Source: Candidatus Micrarchaeota archaeon (GTDB taxonomy: Archaea > Micrarchaeota > Micrarchaeia > Anstonellales > Bilamarchaeaceae). Taken from it: 64,000 bases of DNA. Below the pieces are notes generated by a model that was given only the letters and a program-made list of their open reading frames with translations, searched no databases and was not told the origin of the DNA. This document shows positions 46,378 to 55,605 of this stretch, piece after piece (positions within the stretch are counted from its first letter, which is position 1; each line of letters starts with the position of its first letter). The stretch lies in the NCBI GenBank assembly GCA_043812915.1, contig JBDRLQ010000016.1, positions 1 to 64,000 of the forward strand, written 5' to 3'. The position numbers and the translations under genes were made by a program.

Positions 46378-46944
46378 ATGGTACTGACACCTTCTTCAGC
46401 AGATGCTTTGGGAAACGGGGATAAGGCGCCTGATTTCATCCTTCCGGGTGTTGATGGCAAGGATTATTCAATTTCAGCCTTTTCTGGAAAGAAAGCGGTG
46501 CTTGTTGTTTTCATGTGCAACCACTGCCCTTATGTGATTCCAAAGCTGGGTTACCTAGTCCACCTTCAGGAGAAGTACGGCCCGCAGGGCCTGCAGCTTA
46601 TTGGGATAAACTCCAATGACCCGACCGACTATCCGGATGACAGCTTCGAGAACATGAAGGTGATTGCGGAGCAGCATAAGTTCAATTTCCCCTATCTCTT
46701 TGATGAAAGCCAGGAAGTTGCAAAGTCCTATGGGGCCACCTGTACTCCGGACCCGTTCCTTTTCGACAGGGATTTGAAATTGGCATTCCACGGCAGGTTC
46801 GACGACGCGCACGGCAAGTTCCATGAGGATGGCAGGACTTCGGAGATGGAGGATGCGATACGGCAGGCGCTCGCGGGGAGAGAGGTTGAAGTCCCGCAGG
46901 AGCCGTCGCTCGGATGCTCAATCAAATGGAAAATCCGGGAATAG
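46378..46944 (+). CDS. Thioredoxin-like (AhpC/TSA-like) protein
   Basis: APDFILPGVDGK, FMCNHCPYV, INSND, ATCTPDPFLFD, SLGCSIKW. Confidence 0.9.
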   Translation: MVLTPSSADALGNGDKAPDFILPGVDGKDYSISAFSGKKAVLVVFMCNHCPYVIPKLGYLVHLQEKYGPQGLQLIGINSNDPTDYPDDSFENMKVIAEQHKFNFPYLFDESQEVAKSYGATCTPDPFLFDRDLKLAFHGRFDDAHGKFHEDGRTSEMEDAIRQALAGREVEVPQEPSLGCSIKWKIRE

Positions 46945-47001
46945 CCGGCCAAGCGAAAGCCAATTAAAGAGGGTTGGGCAATATCCATCCCCGGTGAACA
47001 A

Positions 47002-47688
47002 ATGGCAAAATTCAACCAGGAAGAATTCAACTCCTTTATTCTGGAAAACGGCGTTATAGGGTTTTTCAAAGAGCCAATCAAGCTGAAGTCCGGCAGGATG
47101 TCCAACTGGTATGTGAACTGGAGGACACCGACCGGAGATGTATTCCTTCTGGATAAGCTCACGGACTTCGTCCTCGCTTTCGCGGAGGACAACAATCTTG
47201 CGCCTGACTGTTTTTATGGAGTCCCTGAAGGGGCGACCAAGCTGGGCCTCATAACCCAGTACAAGTACGCCAGGAATTCCCCCAACTACTCGAAAGGAAG
47301 CCACGTCCTCCCGATGGGGAGGGCAAAGCCCAAGGAGCACGGGGCCCCAAAAGACAGGTTCTTTGTCGGGCAGCCGGAGGGCAGGGTGATTGTCCTTGAG
47401 GATGTCACAACCACCGGCGGCTCCCTGCTATGCACAATAAGCCAGCTCAGGGAGGCCGGGATTGAAGTGGCTGTGGCAATAAGCCTGACAAACAGGATGG
47501 AGATGCGCGATGACAACAAGAGCGTGAAACAGGCCCTCGGGGAGAAAGGTGTGAGATACCTTGCGATGAGCAGCGCACTGGACCTTCTTCCTGCTTCGTA
47601 CGCGAAACTCAATCCTGGGGAGGAAGTGGCCTCTGGAATAGAGGCGGAATTCGGGAAATACGGGGTAGAGGCGCTGAAATTGAGGTAA
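47002..47688 (+). CDS. pyrE: Orotate phosphoribosyltransferase
   Basis: LKSGRMSNWY, RAKPKEHG, VLEDVTTTGGS. Confidence 0.88.
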   Translation: MAKFNQEEFNSFILENGVIGFFKEPIKLKSGRMSNWYVNWRTPTGDVFLLDKLTDFVLAFAEDNNLAPDCFYGVPEGATKLGLITQYKYARNSPNYSKGSHVLPMGRAKPKEHGAPKDRFFVGQPEGRVIVLEDVTTTGGSLLCTISQLREAGIEVAVAISLTNRMEMRDDNKSVKQALGEKGVRYLAMSSALDLLPASYAKLNPGEEVASGIEAEFGKYGVEALKLR

Positions 47689-47693
47689 TATCC

Positions 47694-48458
47694 ATGATAA
47701 TCAACATAAATAGGAGTATAATCCCAGCGTGCGACGTCACGCTTGACGAGTATAGGGAAATCGTGAAGGCGACTGCTGACATAAGGAAGATTGGCGCCTA
47801 CAAGGTCGGGATATCCTTCCTCGATGTCGGCCTGAAGGCCGTTGTGGACAGCACAAGGGAATTCTCGGACAAGCCGGTAATATATGACCATCAGAAAGCG
47901 GGCACGGACATCCCGGAATCCACACCATCCAAGTTCATGGACAGCATGGTTCGTGCTGGCATCAACGCTGTAATCCTCTTTCCCCAGGCGGGGCCAGCAA
48001 CTGAATACGAGTGGATTAACGCCGCCAAGGACAAGGGCCTCGGGGTGATAGTTGGAGGGGAGATGACCCACGCCAGATACCTTGACGGGGACAGTTCAGA
48101 GAGCAAAAAGAAGAACTACACAGAAATCTTCAGGGAGCTCGGGATTGAACGGGAGCTCACCGGCTACTTAAGGAGAAGCGCCCCTGATGACATTTACGAA
48201 TTGGCGGCAAGGATGGGTGTTGCTGATTTTGTGGTTCCTGGAAACAAGCCGGACCGGATACGGCATTACAAGGGGCTAATTGAAAAGTGCGGGGTGAAAG
48301 AGCCGGTGTTCTACTCGCCAGGGCTGGTAGCCCAAGGGGGAGAAATATCCGAGGGCGCGGAAGCGGCAGGTGAGCGCTTCCACGCAATTGTCGGCCGTGG
48401 CATCTACCAGGCGCAAGACAAGAAGAAAGCCGCCCTGGAAATGACCTGCAGGCTCTAG
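47694..48458 (+). CDS. pyrF: Orotidine-5'-phosphate decarboxylase
   Basis: IIPACD, YKVG, YDHQKAGTDIP, SPGLVAQGG, IVGRGIY. Confidence 0.9.
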   Translation: MIININRSIIPACDVTLDEYREIVKATADIRKIGAYKVGISFLDVGLKAVVDSTREFSDKPVIYDHQKAGTDIPESTPSKFMDSMVRAGINAVILFPQAGPATEYEWINAAKDKGLGVIVGGEMTHARYLDGDSSESKKKNYTEIFRELGIERELTGYLRRSAPDDIYELAARMGVADFVVPGNKPDRIRHYKGLIEKCGVKEPVFYSPGLVAQGGEISEGAEAAGERFHAIVGRGIYQAQDKKKAALEMTCRL

Positions 48459-49153
48459 CGGGTGCAGGTGTATATCCCGGAGTCCTTTACCTTGCCTCCG
48501 GTAATTTCGCTCATTTTGGCCTTTGCCTCCTCCATTGTGTCCCTGAGCATCTTCTCAGGAACGCCAGGAGGGCTGTAGATTAGCATCAGCACCCGGCTCG
48601 TCCCGGCGTGTATGGCGGTCCTCATGGAATCGGCGGTCGGTCCCCCGAAAATGGAGATATCGTCCTTTGTGAGCAGCCGGTCATCAGTGCTCATGTCCTT
48701 CCCGCCAATCCCGATGTACTTGCCGCCTTCTTTCCCGATGTGCAGCCTGATTATACCCTTCACATTGGCGGCATCATACACGCCGCAGGGGTAGCCGGTC
48801 GTCATTGAGATGACATTGTTGGTATCGACAACGGTGTTTATCCGCTCGATTCCCTTCCCGCTGACAATCCTCCTTATCAGCGCCTCGCTCGATGCCCTGT
48901 CCTTTGTGGGATCAAGGCCAACTGTTGAGAACAGCTTCCTGATTGCCTTTATCACATTGTCCTTCGGGATGGCCTCAGCATTCGGGAATTTCTCTTCCAC
49001 CTGGACCATCGCAACCTCAATCATGTTGTCCATCGCCATGCCATCGCGCCTGACCACAACATCCTCAAAGAGGATGTATCCTACCTTTAGCCCCTCCAGC
49101 TTCTCCTTGGCCTCAGGATATACCTTGAATCTGATTTTTTCCATAACAATCAC
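48455..49153 (-). CDS. B3/B4 domain protein (PheRS beta editing-like)
   Basis: GLDPTKDRASSEALIRR, INTVVD.NN.IS, G.YD, GGPTADSMRT. Confidence 0.85.
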   Translation of the reverse strand: MIVMEKIRFKVYPEAKEKLEGLKVGYILFEDVVVRRDGMAMDNMIEVAMVQVEEKFPNAEAIPKDNVIKAIRKLFSTVGLDPTKDRASSEALIRRIVSGKGIERINTVVDTNNVISMTTGYPCGVYDAANVKGIIRLHIGKEGGKYIGIGGKDMSTDDRLLTKDDISIFGGPTADSMRTAIHAGTSRVLMLIYSPPGVPEKMLRDTMEEAKAKMSEITGGKVKDSGIYTCTR

Positions 49154-49515
49154 TTCGTTGCTTTTCTGGGCCTCGGATTCGGCCCTGGCAGCTGTTTCTT
49201 GTATAGCTTTTTGTCGGTATCAGCGTTCTCATAGCTGTTTGAGAACCATATCACGTTGACCGGGCAGACCTCTGCGCACAGCCCGCAGTAGATGCACAGG
49301 CTCCGGTCCACAATAGCGTATTTGCTGGCCTGGTCGACCACAATCGCCCCTGTCGGGCAGTTCATCTCGCAGAGCCTGCACGATATGCATTTCTTCTGGT
49401 CCACATGTATCCTGCCCCTGAAATTGATTGAGACCTTGCTCTCCTTCTTGGGATACTCATTCGTGAAGGGCTTTGCGAAAAGGTTCTTCAATACCTTGAT
49501 GATCATCGACACCAT
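49150..49515 (-). CDS. Hydrogenase 2x[4Fe-4S] subunit (EchF/NuoI-like)
   Basis: KPFTNEYP, FRGRI, CISCRLCEMNCP, CIYCGLCAEVCP. Confidence 0.9.
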   Translation of the reverse strand: MVSMIIKVLKNLFAKPFTNEYPKKESKVSINFRGRIHVDQKKCISCRLCEMNCPTGAIVVDQASKYAIVDRSLCIYCGLCAEVCPVNVIWFSNSYENADTDKKLYKKQLPGPNPRPRKATK

Positions 49516-49518
49516 GTT

Positions 49519-50346
49519 TCACACCAGCAGGAATATGTCCAGGAACGCCAGCAGTGCAAGCGCAAGGAAGGTCCTGACAGTCACGACAGTAGAGTATCTT
49601 GGGGAGCTAGTCAGCATTATGGCATAGAATATCATGAAGAAGGGGGCGAGCAGCAGCCCGTACACCTTCCCGACAAGCAGAACCCCGAGTAGTATGTAAA
49701 CCACCAAATCCTTTGTCCATTCAGCAACTTCGAGCAATGCGAGCTTCCTCCCGGAGTACTCAGAGAAGAACCCCGCGGATATCTCCGCTTCAGCCGACAT
49801 CACATCATAGGGCGTTACCCTGAGTATCACGAAAGCGGTGAATATCAGGAAAAGGGAAGCGAAGGGCATCTGCATGAACGCGAACTCCGTGCTGAAATCA
49901 GCAAGCCCGCTCGCCCCGGTCTTGTAGAAGAAGAGGGAGAGCACGATGAGGAACGTAATCTCATATCCGAGCATCAGTAGCAGTTCCCTCACGCTGGCAC
50001 ACATCCCGAACGGGGAGCGGCTTGCGACAGCGCCGAATATGTAGAACGTGTCCTGGAGGATGAACAGGTATCCGATCACTATGAAATCGAAGCTGAATCC
50101 TAGGACCGAGAAAGGGACGAACAGTACGAGCGCGATTGTACATATGAACGCGAGGTAAGGAACGAGGCTGAATACCATGTTGTCATAGTAGAACCCCTCC
50201 TTCCCAAGCAGCTTGAATATATCATAGAAAGGCTGCATCAGGGGCGGGCCCTGCCGGTTGTGCATGTGCGCGACAATCTTCCTCCTTATTCCCTCGAACG
50301 CGAGGGCAAGGGGAATTAGCATTATAGCCAATAGCCAGTCAATCAT
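49519..50346 (-). CDS. Hydrogenase membrane subunit (EchB/NuoH-like)
   Basis: GIRRKIVAHMHNRQGPPLMQPFYDIFKLLGKE, PYD...AEAEI..G..SEYSG. Confidence 0.9.
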   Translation of the reverse strand: MIDWLLAIMLIPLALAFEGIRRKIVAHMHNRQGPPLMQPFYDIFKLLGKEGFYYDNMVFSLVPYLAFICTIALVLFVPFSVLGFSFDFIVIGYLFILQDTFYIFGAVASRSPFGMCASVRELLLMLGYEITFLIVLSLFFYKTGASGLADFSTEFAFMQMPFASLFLIFTAFVILRVTPYDVMSAEAEISAGFFSEYSGRKLALLEVAEWTKDLVVYILLGVLLVGKVYGLLLAPFFMIFYAIMLTSSPRYSTVVTVRTFLALALLAFLDIFLLV

Positions 50347-51502
50347 GTTTCCGACCCGCGAACAGCTCATGGCTGTTCCAAACTTCCTTCTTACCATTCT
50401 TCACGACAGCAACCCTCTCCATGCAGGATATGCACGGGTCAAGGCTGCCGATAATCACCGGCACGTCTGTTATATCCTCTCCCTCCAAAACCTTCGAATA
50501 TGAAATGACATTCGCGAGCGTCGGCGTCCGCAGTTTCAGCCTGAACACCCTGTTCTTCTCGACTTTCAGGAAATGGAAATTCTCCCCTCTCGGGGCCTCG
50601 CTCCTTCCGACCCCTGTGGCTTCGGCGACGAAGAACCCCGGCTTCTTTGGGACATCTTCTCCAGGCTCAATCATCTGGCATGCCTTCCGGATTAGCCGGA
50701 CGCACTCAGGTATCTCATCCAGGCGGTTCATGCTCCGGGTGTACGAATCACCGCCATCCTTAACTACCGGCTTCACCTTCAGCTCCTTGAATGCGTATGC
50801 CATGTAAGGCGCATGCCTGCGCACATCATAGTCAATGCCCGAGGCCCTTGCGACCGGACCGACTAATCCCAGTTCCCTGGCAGTATCCTTGGAAATGTTG
50901 CCGTGCTTCCTGAACCTGCTGCTTATGACATCGTTCTTTGCCATCACCTCGCGAAGCTCCTTAACTTCAGGCTCGATTACATCAAGTTTCTCAAGCACGA
51001 AATCAAGCTCCGCCTTGCCAAAGCTCCTCTTTGCGCTACCGACCAAATCAGGGGAATGGTGCACCCTGTTGCCGGTAAGTTCATCGAATATATCGAGTAT
51101 ATGCTCCCTTTCCTTCCAATAGTACATGAAGAGGGTCTCAAGCCCGATTTCATGGGCCATAACACCCGCCCAGAGCAGGTGGGAATGAACCCTCTCCAGC
51201 TCCGCGGTAATCAGCCTCTGCAGGTATACCTTGTCGGGCACCTTCTTCCCAATCATGGGCTCCGATGCGTTCAGGAACGCCATCGAATGGCACTGCGAGC
51301 AGATTCCGCACGTCCTCTGCACTGCGTGCAGTGCGCTGTCAAGGAACATGTTCTCGGCGCATTTCTCCACCCCGCGGTGCGCGTAGCCCAGGTTGAATTC
51401 CGCCTTGACTATATAGCTGCCATCGACATGCAGCTTCAGGAATATCGGCTCTTTAAGGGCAGGATGCTGCGGCCCAATCGGGTACATCGTTGTGTGCATC
51501 AT
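50339..51502 (-). CDS. Group 4 [NiFe]-hydrogenase large subunit
   Basis: IGPQHPALKEP, GYAHRGVE, RTCGICSQCH, ELERVHSHL, EAPRGE, DPCISCMER plus C-terminal extension. Confidence 0.95.
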   Translation of the reverse strand: MMHTTMYPIGPQHPALKEPIFLKLHVDGSYIVKAEFNLGYAHRGVEKCAENMFLDSALHAVQRTCGICSQCHSMAFLNASEPMIGKKVPDKVYLQRLITAELERVHSHLLWAGVMAHEIGLETLFMYYWKEREHILDIFDELTGNRVHHSPDLVGSAKRSFGKAELDFVLEKLDVIEPEVKELREVMAKNDVISSRFRKHGNISKDTARELGLVGPVARASGIDYDVRRHAPYMAYAFKELKVKPVVKDGGDSYTRSMNRLDEIPECVRLIRKACQMIEPGEDVPKKPGFFVAEATGVGRSEAPRGENFHFLKVEKNRVFRLKLRTPTLANVISYSKVLEGEDITDVPVIIGSLDPCISCMERVAVVKNGKKEVWNSHELFAGRKHD

Positions 51503-51843
51503 CCCACCTTGCCAATGCACCTGGACGTCTCAAAGGCTTTTTGTGCAGCCTCCCTCCCGTCCGCGGCCTGGAACAGCCGCTTTCCGCTAAACTCATTCCC
51601 CTCAAACCGTATCCCGAAAAGCTCAGTGACCTCCGCCTCCAGCAGGGCGGCATTGGCGAATATACCAATCAGGCTCTGCACCTTCTCCCCTTTTGGGACC
51701 TCGAGCTCCACCTGCCCTATCTCAGTTTTGCTCTTCCATGAGAAATGGTAGTACAGGGTCTGCCTCCCGTCCTTGTTCACACTGGTAATGGAAATCAGCC
51801 GCTCGGGCTTTAGCTTCTTCACCTTATCTGCTGCGCTTAACAT
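51499..51843 (-). CDS. Hydrogenase subunit (EchD/NuoC-like)
   Basis: LYYHF, SLIGIFANAALLEAEVTELFGIRFEG. Confidence 0.85.
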   Translation of the reverse strand: MLSAADKVKKLKPERLISITSVNKDGRQTLYYHFSWKSKTEIGQVELEVPKGEKVQSLIGIFANAALLEAEVTELFGIRFEGNEFSGKRLFQAADGREAAQKAFETSRCIGKVG

Positions 51844-52237
51844 CAAGACACTTCCTTATGCCGTCAATTATCGTTTCGGGCCTCGGCGGGCAGCCGGGCA
51901 CATACACATCCACAGGTATGATTTTGTCCAGGGGGCCGAGAGTTGAATATGAATCCTTGTACAAACCGCCGCTCACGCAGCACGCACCGATTGCGACAAC
52001 CCTTTTTGGCTTTGGCAGCTGCGAATAGATGTTCATCAGCCTCTTCACGTTCTGCTTATTCACTATCCCTGTCACCAGCAGCACGTCCGCGTGCTTCGCG
52101 CTGGCCTTGAGCTCCATCCCGAACCTTGTGATGTCGTATCTTGGATTGAAACACGCCAGGCATTCAAGTGTGCATCCGTTGCACCCTCCGGCGTTGAAGA
52201 AGCTTATCCAGGGGGATTTCTTTATAATAGCGCTCAT
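51824..52237 (-). CDS. Hydrogenase small subunit (EchC/NuoB-like)
   Basis: KSPW, GGCNGCTLE, PRYD, GAC, DVYVPGCPPRPE. Confidence 0.93.
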   Translation of the reverse strand: MSAIIKKSPWISFFNAGGCNGCTLECLACFNPRYDITRFGMELKASAKHADVLLVTGIVNKQNVKRLMNIYSQLPKPKRVVAIGACCVSGGLYKDSYSTLGPLDKIIPVDVYVPGCPPRPETIIDGIRKCLDVKRSR

Positions 52238-52353
52238 TTCCTTCTCCCCAAAAGGTCCTTTAGGAACGAGAGCAGCAGGTCTGAGAAGTCCTTTGGCATC
52301 ATGCTGTTCTCGTCAAGGTCTTCCCCGCCCAGATATACCTTCGTCTTCCTCAT
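52234..52353 (-). CDS. 39-aa ORF inside the hydrogenase operon, not in ORF track
   Basis: MRKTKVYLGGEDLDENSMMPKDFSDLLLSFLKDLLGRRK*; ATGA overlaps at both ends. Confidence 0.75.
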   Translation of the reverse strand: MRKTKVYLGGEDLDENSMMPKDFSDLLLSFLKDLLGRRK

Positions 52354-53054
52354 GTGTACATCTCCAGTATCGTAAACAGTATCTGGGGGGCAATCCCCAG
52401 CACGACCGTGAATATTGCCAGCGCGGTTGACAGCGCATTTGGGATTATCCCGAAGCTAATCGGCTTCTTCCCCTTCCCGGCAAACAGAACATAGCAAATC
52501 CTGAAATAGAACAGGAATGCAACTAAGCTTGCAAACACAGTCCCTAACATCAGAGCCGGGTGCACCGTGAATAAAGATGAATATATTATGAATTCCCCGA
52601 TAAATACGTTGAACCCTGGCATCCCGCCAAGGGAGAGGCAGGCTATGCAGAGCAGAAGCGCGAGGTACTGGTTGCTCTCATAGATGCCAGCATAGTCCCG
52701 CACCCCGTCCTTCCGCAGCCCCCCGTACAGGATGGCCATTGTTATCGCGAACAATCCCCCTGCCACAGCGAAATTTATCAGCTGCAGCACGGCGAACCAC
52801 ACCGACTTTTCTATAAGCAGCGCTGTGCTGACATCCAGAAGGAAATAGAAGAACTGGATTATTGTCGAGAAGAGCACGTACTTCATGAAGGACTTGTCGA
52901 ACAATCCGATGAAGCTGAAAATTGTTATTCCGAGGATGCACGCAACGCTGAAGGCAATCCTGAATTCCGGCGCAAGCTCCATTCCATTGGCCAGAATGAG
53001 GTACATCGCGGCAAGAGCTATGAAAAATACTGCCAAGGGCAGCGCACGTCTCAT
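52350..53054 (-). CDS. Short antiporter-like proton-conducting membrane subunit (MrpD/NuoN-family, 234 aa)
   Basis: FSTIIQ, LSLGGMPGFNVFIGEF, LGIAP; about 7 TM. Confidence 0.8.
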   Translation of the reverse strand: MRRALPLAVFFIALAAMYLILANGMELAPEFRIAFSVACILGITIFSFIGLFDKSFMKYVLFSTIIQFFYFLLDVSTALLIEKSVWFAVLQLINFAVAGGLFAITMAILYGGLRKDGVRDYAGIYESNQYLALLLCIACLSLGGMPGFNVFIGEFIIYSSLFTVHPALMLGTVFASLVAFLFYFRICYVLFAGKGKKPISFGIIPNALSTALAIFTVVLGIAPQILFTILEMYT

Positions 53055-53084
53055 GGGAGGAGTTCGGAGATAAGGAATATAAAG

Positions 53085-53546
53085 TTAGCAGTGGGGATCC
53101 CGAAGCCGCCTGTTCAGGACTGCGGCGACCTCGTTCCCCCTTTTTTTCACAATGCCGCTCATCGGCTCCCCGAATTCAATGGATTCCGGCTGCACCCCGA
53201 GGACATAAAGCCTTGCATCGGGCAGCATCCTGGCAAATAGCAGGAACGACATGGAGTGCGTGCTGGCGCTGCTTTTCTGGAGCTGTTCAGAACTGACAAA
53301 GCCGATTGTCCCAGGTTCCTCCCCGAAATCAGCGGCATCAACAATCAGTATCACATCAGGCGCGATGGGCTTGATTGTCTTAATGTAATTCTCAGGCATG
53401 GTGGCGCAGAAGATTTTGGAATCAGTTTTCAGCCTGTCAAACACATACTTGCCAAGGGCGTCATCGCCCTTCATGTCATTGCCAACGCCCAGCACGATGA
53501 CTTTCTTTCCTGTTAGCGCCTTTTCCAGCTCTTCCCTCCAGCTCAT
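53085..53546 (-). CDS. Hydrogenase maturation protease (HycI-like)
   Basis: VLGVGNDMKGDDALG, PEN, IVDAADFGEEPG, STH, LGVQP. Confidence 0.9.
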   Translation of the reverse strand: MSWREELEKALTGKKVIVLGVGNDMKGDDALGKYVFDRLKTDSKIFCATMPENYIKTIKPIAPDVILIVDAADFGEEPGTIGFVSSEQLQKSSASTHSMSFLLFARMLPDARLYVLGVQPESIEFGEPMSGIVKKRGNEVAAVLNRRLRDPHC

Positions 53547-54184
53547 CTGAATCCGCACTCCCCTCTCAACGGGACGAATATCACAGGCAACACATTATCC
53601 CAAGTCCCGCTCTTCTTGTCATAGACAACCAGCTCCTGCCTGAACTCGTCCCCGACTGGGGCTACAATCCTGCCATCAGGCTTGAGCTGCCCAACCATAG
53701 GGTGCCTCCTATCGAGTTTGGGCATTGCAGCCGTCACGATTATCCGGTCATATGGGGCCTGAGCCGCATATCCACAGCTCGCGTCTCCTGCATGCAGTTC
53801 AATGTTATCAAGCGCTTTGCAGCGCTCCAGGTTCTTTCTGGCAAGCTCCACAAGCTCAGGAATCAAATCAAAGCCGATTACCCTGCCCTTCCCCCCGACC
53901 ATGCGCGAGAGCAGTGCGGTGTTGTATCCAGTCCCGGAGCCAACTTCCAGGACTTTCATCCCTGGCGCCAAAAGCAGCTTCTCAAGCATGAAAGACACCA
54001 CGGTTGGAGCGGAAATAGTCTGTCCAAAGCCAACAGGGTAAGCGATGTCCTCGTATGCATGCATTGCCGCAGAGGGTGGAAAGAACATCGCACGGTCAAC
54101 AGAGAGCATCGCATCCTTCACATCCGCGCTTTTGAGGAAGCCACTTGCAATAAGCCGCTCAACCATCCCCCCAAGCCCTGACAT
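53543..54184 (-). CDS. pcm: Protein-L-isoaspartate O-methyltransferase
   Basis: AYED, GQTISAP, VLEVGSGTGY, APYDRIIVTAA, FVPL. Confidence 0.93.
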   Translation of the reverse strand: MSGLGGMVERLIASGFLKSADVKDAMLSVDRAMFFPPSAAMHAYEDIAYPVGFGQTISAPTVVSFMLEKLLLAPGMKVLEVGSGTGYNTALLSRMVGGKGRVIGFDLIPELVELARKNLERCKALDNIELHAGDASCGYAAQAPYDRIIVTAAMPKLDRRHPMVGQLKPDGRIVAPVGDEFRQELVVYDKKSGTWDNVLPVIFVPLRGECGFR

Positions 54185-54219
54185 AAACCTTAATAAAACA
54201 AAGATAGAGATAAATCATT

Positions 54220-55020
54220 ATGCCTGAGCAGACTTTCGGGGGCGACGATGATGATGGCGGCTCTTATGGAGAGCAGAAGCCCCGGAAACCTAAGGAGCTG
54301 GACAAGTTCGGCCTGATGCCGGATGCCAACATCCGCGATGTTTTCTGGGAGATGATGGGCTCATACGCCGCAACCAAGAAGCCAAGCCGGAACCTTTCCG
54401 AACTTGACAATGACAGGTTCGCCATGATACGAGTAGCAGTTACGGTGCTTGACAATCCCCAGAGCCACCACTATGGGCTCTCACCAGGTTTCGTTGCAAG
54501 GTATACCGCGATGATGCTGCTGGATGGCAAATGGTCAGATGCTTTCGCCGAATTCCTCAAGGACTGCAAGGAGAGCCGCGGGAAGGCCGATTCATACCTG
54601 ATATCATCCTTCAAGTATGTCTGGAGGGAGCCGGAATACCAGCCGCTTGTTGTGGAAAGCTTCCGGAACATGCTCCGCTCAAGGAACGGAGCCCCAATCG
54701 GGCTGTATTTTGTGGCCCAGATGAAGAACCGGGAGCTTATTTCCGCGCTCAAGCGCGAGCTCGTGATTCTGGCGAGGGGCGATGTTGGGGAGAATCAGCT
54801 CAATGCGATAGCCGCGCTTGCTCTCCTATCCAACGACCCTGATGTCATCAAGACCCTTCAGGTGCTCCTTGCGCACTGGGATGCGGAAATACGGAAGCTC
54901 GCGGCCACCTGCCTGCTCGCATATAAAAGCGATGGGTCGGTCAAGAGCTCCGCAAATAAAAGGCTGCAGACAGAGCAGAATGATGAAGTGAAGAAGATAC
55001 TGGCAAAGATTTCAAAGTGA
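54220..55020 (+). CDS. HEAT-repeat-like helical protein
   Basis: QLNAIAAL...LLAHWDAEIRKLAATCL repeat pattern. Confidence 0.65.
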   Translation: MPEQTFGGDDDDGGSYGEQKPRKPKELDKFGLMPDANIRDVFWEMMGSYAATKKPSRNLSELDNDRFAMIRVAVTVLDNPQSHHYGLSPGFVARYTAMMLLDGKWSDAFAEFLKDCKESRGKADSYLISSFKYVWREPEYQPLVVESFRNMLRSRNGAPIGLYFVAQMKNRELISALKRELVILARGDVGENQLNAIAALALLSNDPDVIKTLQVLLAHWDAEIRKLAATCLLAYKSDGSVKSSANKRLQTEQNDEVKKILAKISK

Positions 55021-55025
55021 TACTA

Positions 55026-55547
55026 ATGGAAATTCTAAGAATACCCGCAGAGAGAGTGAGCATCCTTCTCGGAAAATACGGAGAGACCCGGAAGAAGATA
55101 GAGGAAAAGTGCAACATCCGGCTGCAGGTGGATCCTGATGGGGAAGTGCAGATGGAAGGGGACCCGGCGGACATTTTCCTTTCCAAGGACGTAATCCAGG
55201 CAATCGGCAGGGGCTTCCCGCCCAGAATCGCCCTGAAGCTGGCAAAAGATGATTTCAACCTAATCATTTTCCCGTTGAGGGAGATGCTCTCCACAGAGAA
55301 GACCATAACGCGCATGAAAGGCAGGGTAATAGGGGAAGACGGCAAGATGAAGACCGAAATCGAGAGCGCGACCGAATCCTATATCTCGGTCTATGGCCAT
55401 ACGATAGGGCTGATTTCCAGGATCGATACAATAAAGTATGCCAAAGAGGCAATCGAGATGCTCCTTAGCGGCGCGCCACACTCAATCGTATATGGTTACC
55501 TTAGAAAGGCAAAACGGGGGATAATCGAAGAGCGGCTGAGGTCCTGA
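55026..55547 (+). CDS. KH-domain pre-rRNA processing protein (Dim2/Pno1)
   Basis: RVSILLGKYGET, AIGRGF, KGRVIGEDGK, GAPHSIVY. Confidence 0.9.
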   Translation: MEILRIPAERVSILLGKYGETRKKIEEKCNIRLQVDPDGEVQMEGDPADIFLSKDVIQAIGRGFPPRIALKLAKDDFNLIIFPLREMLSTEKTITRMKGRVIGEDGKMKTEIESATESYISVYGHTIGLISRIDTIKYAKEAIEMLLSGAPHSIVYGYLRKAKRGIIEERLRS

Positions 55548-55605
55548 TTATGTTGTAAAAACCCTAAAAAAAGTTTTATAAATTTCCCTTAACATTATAT
55601 TTTCT

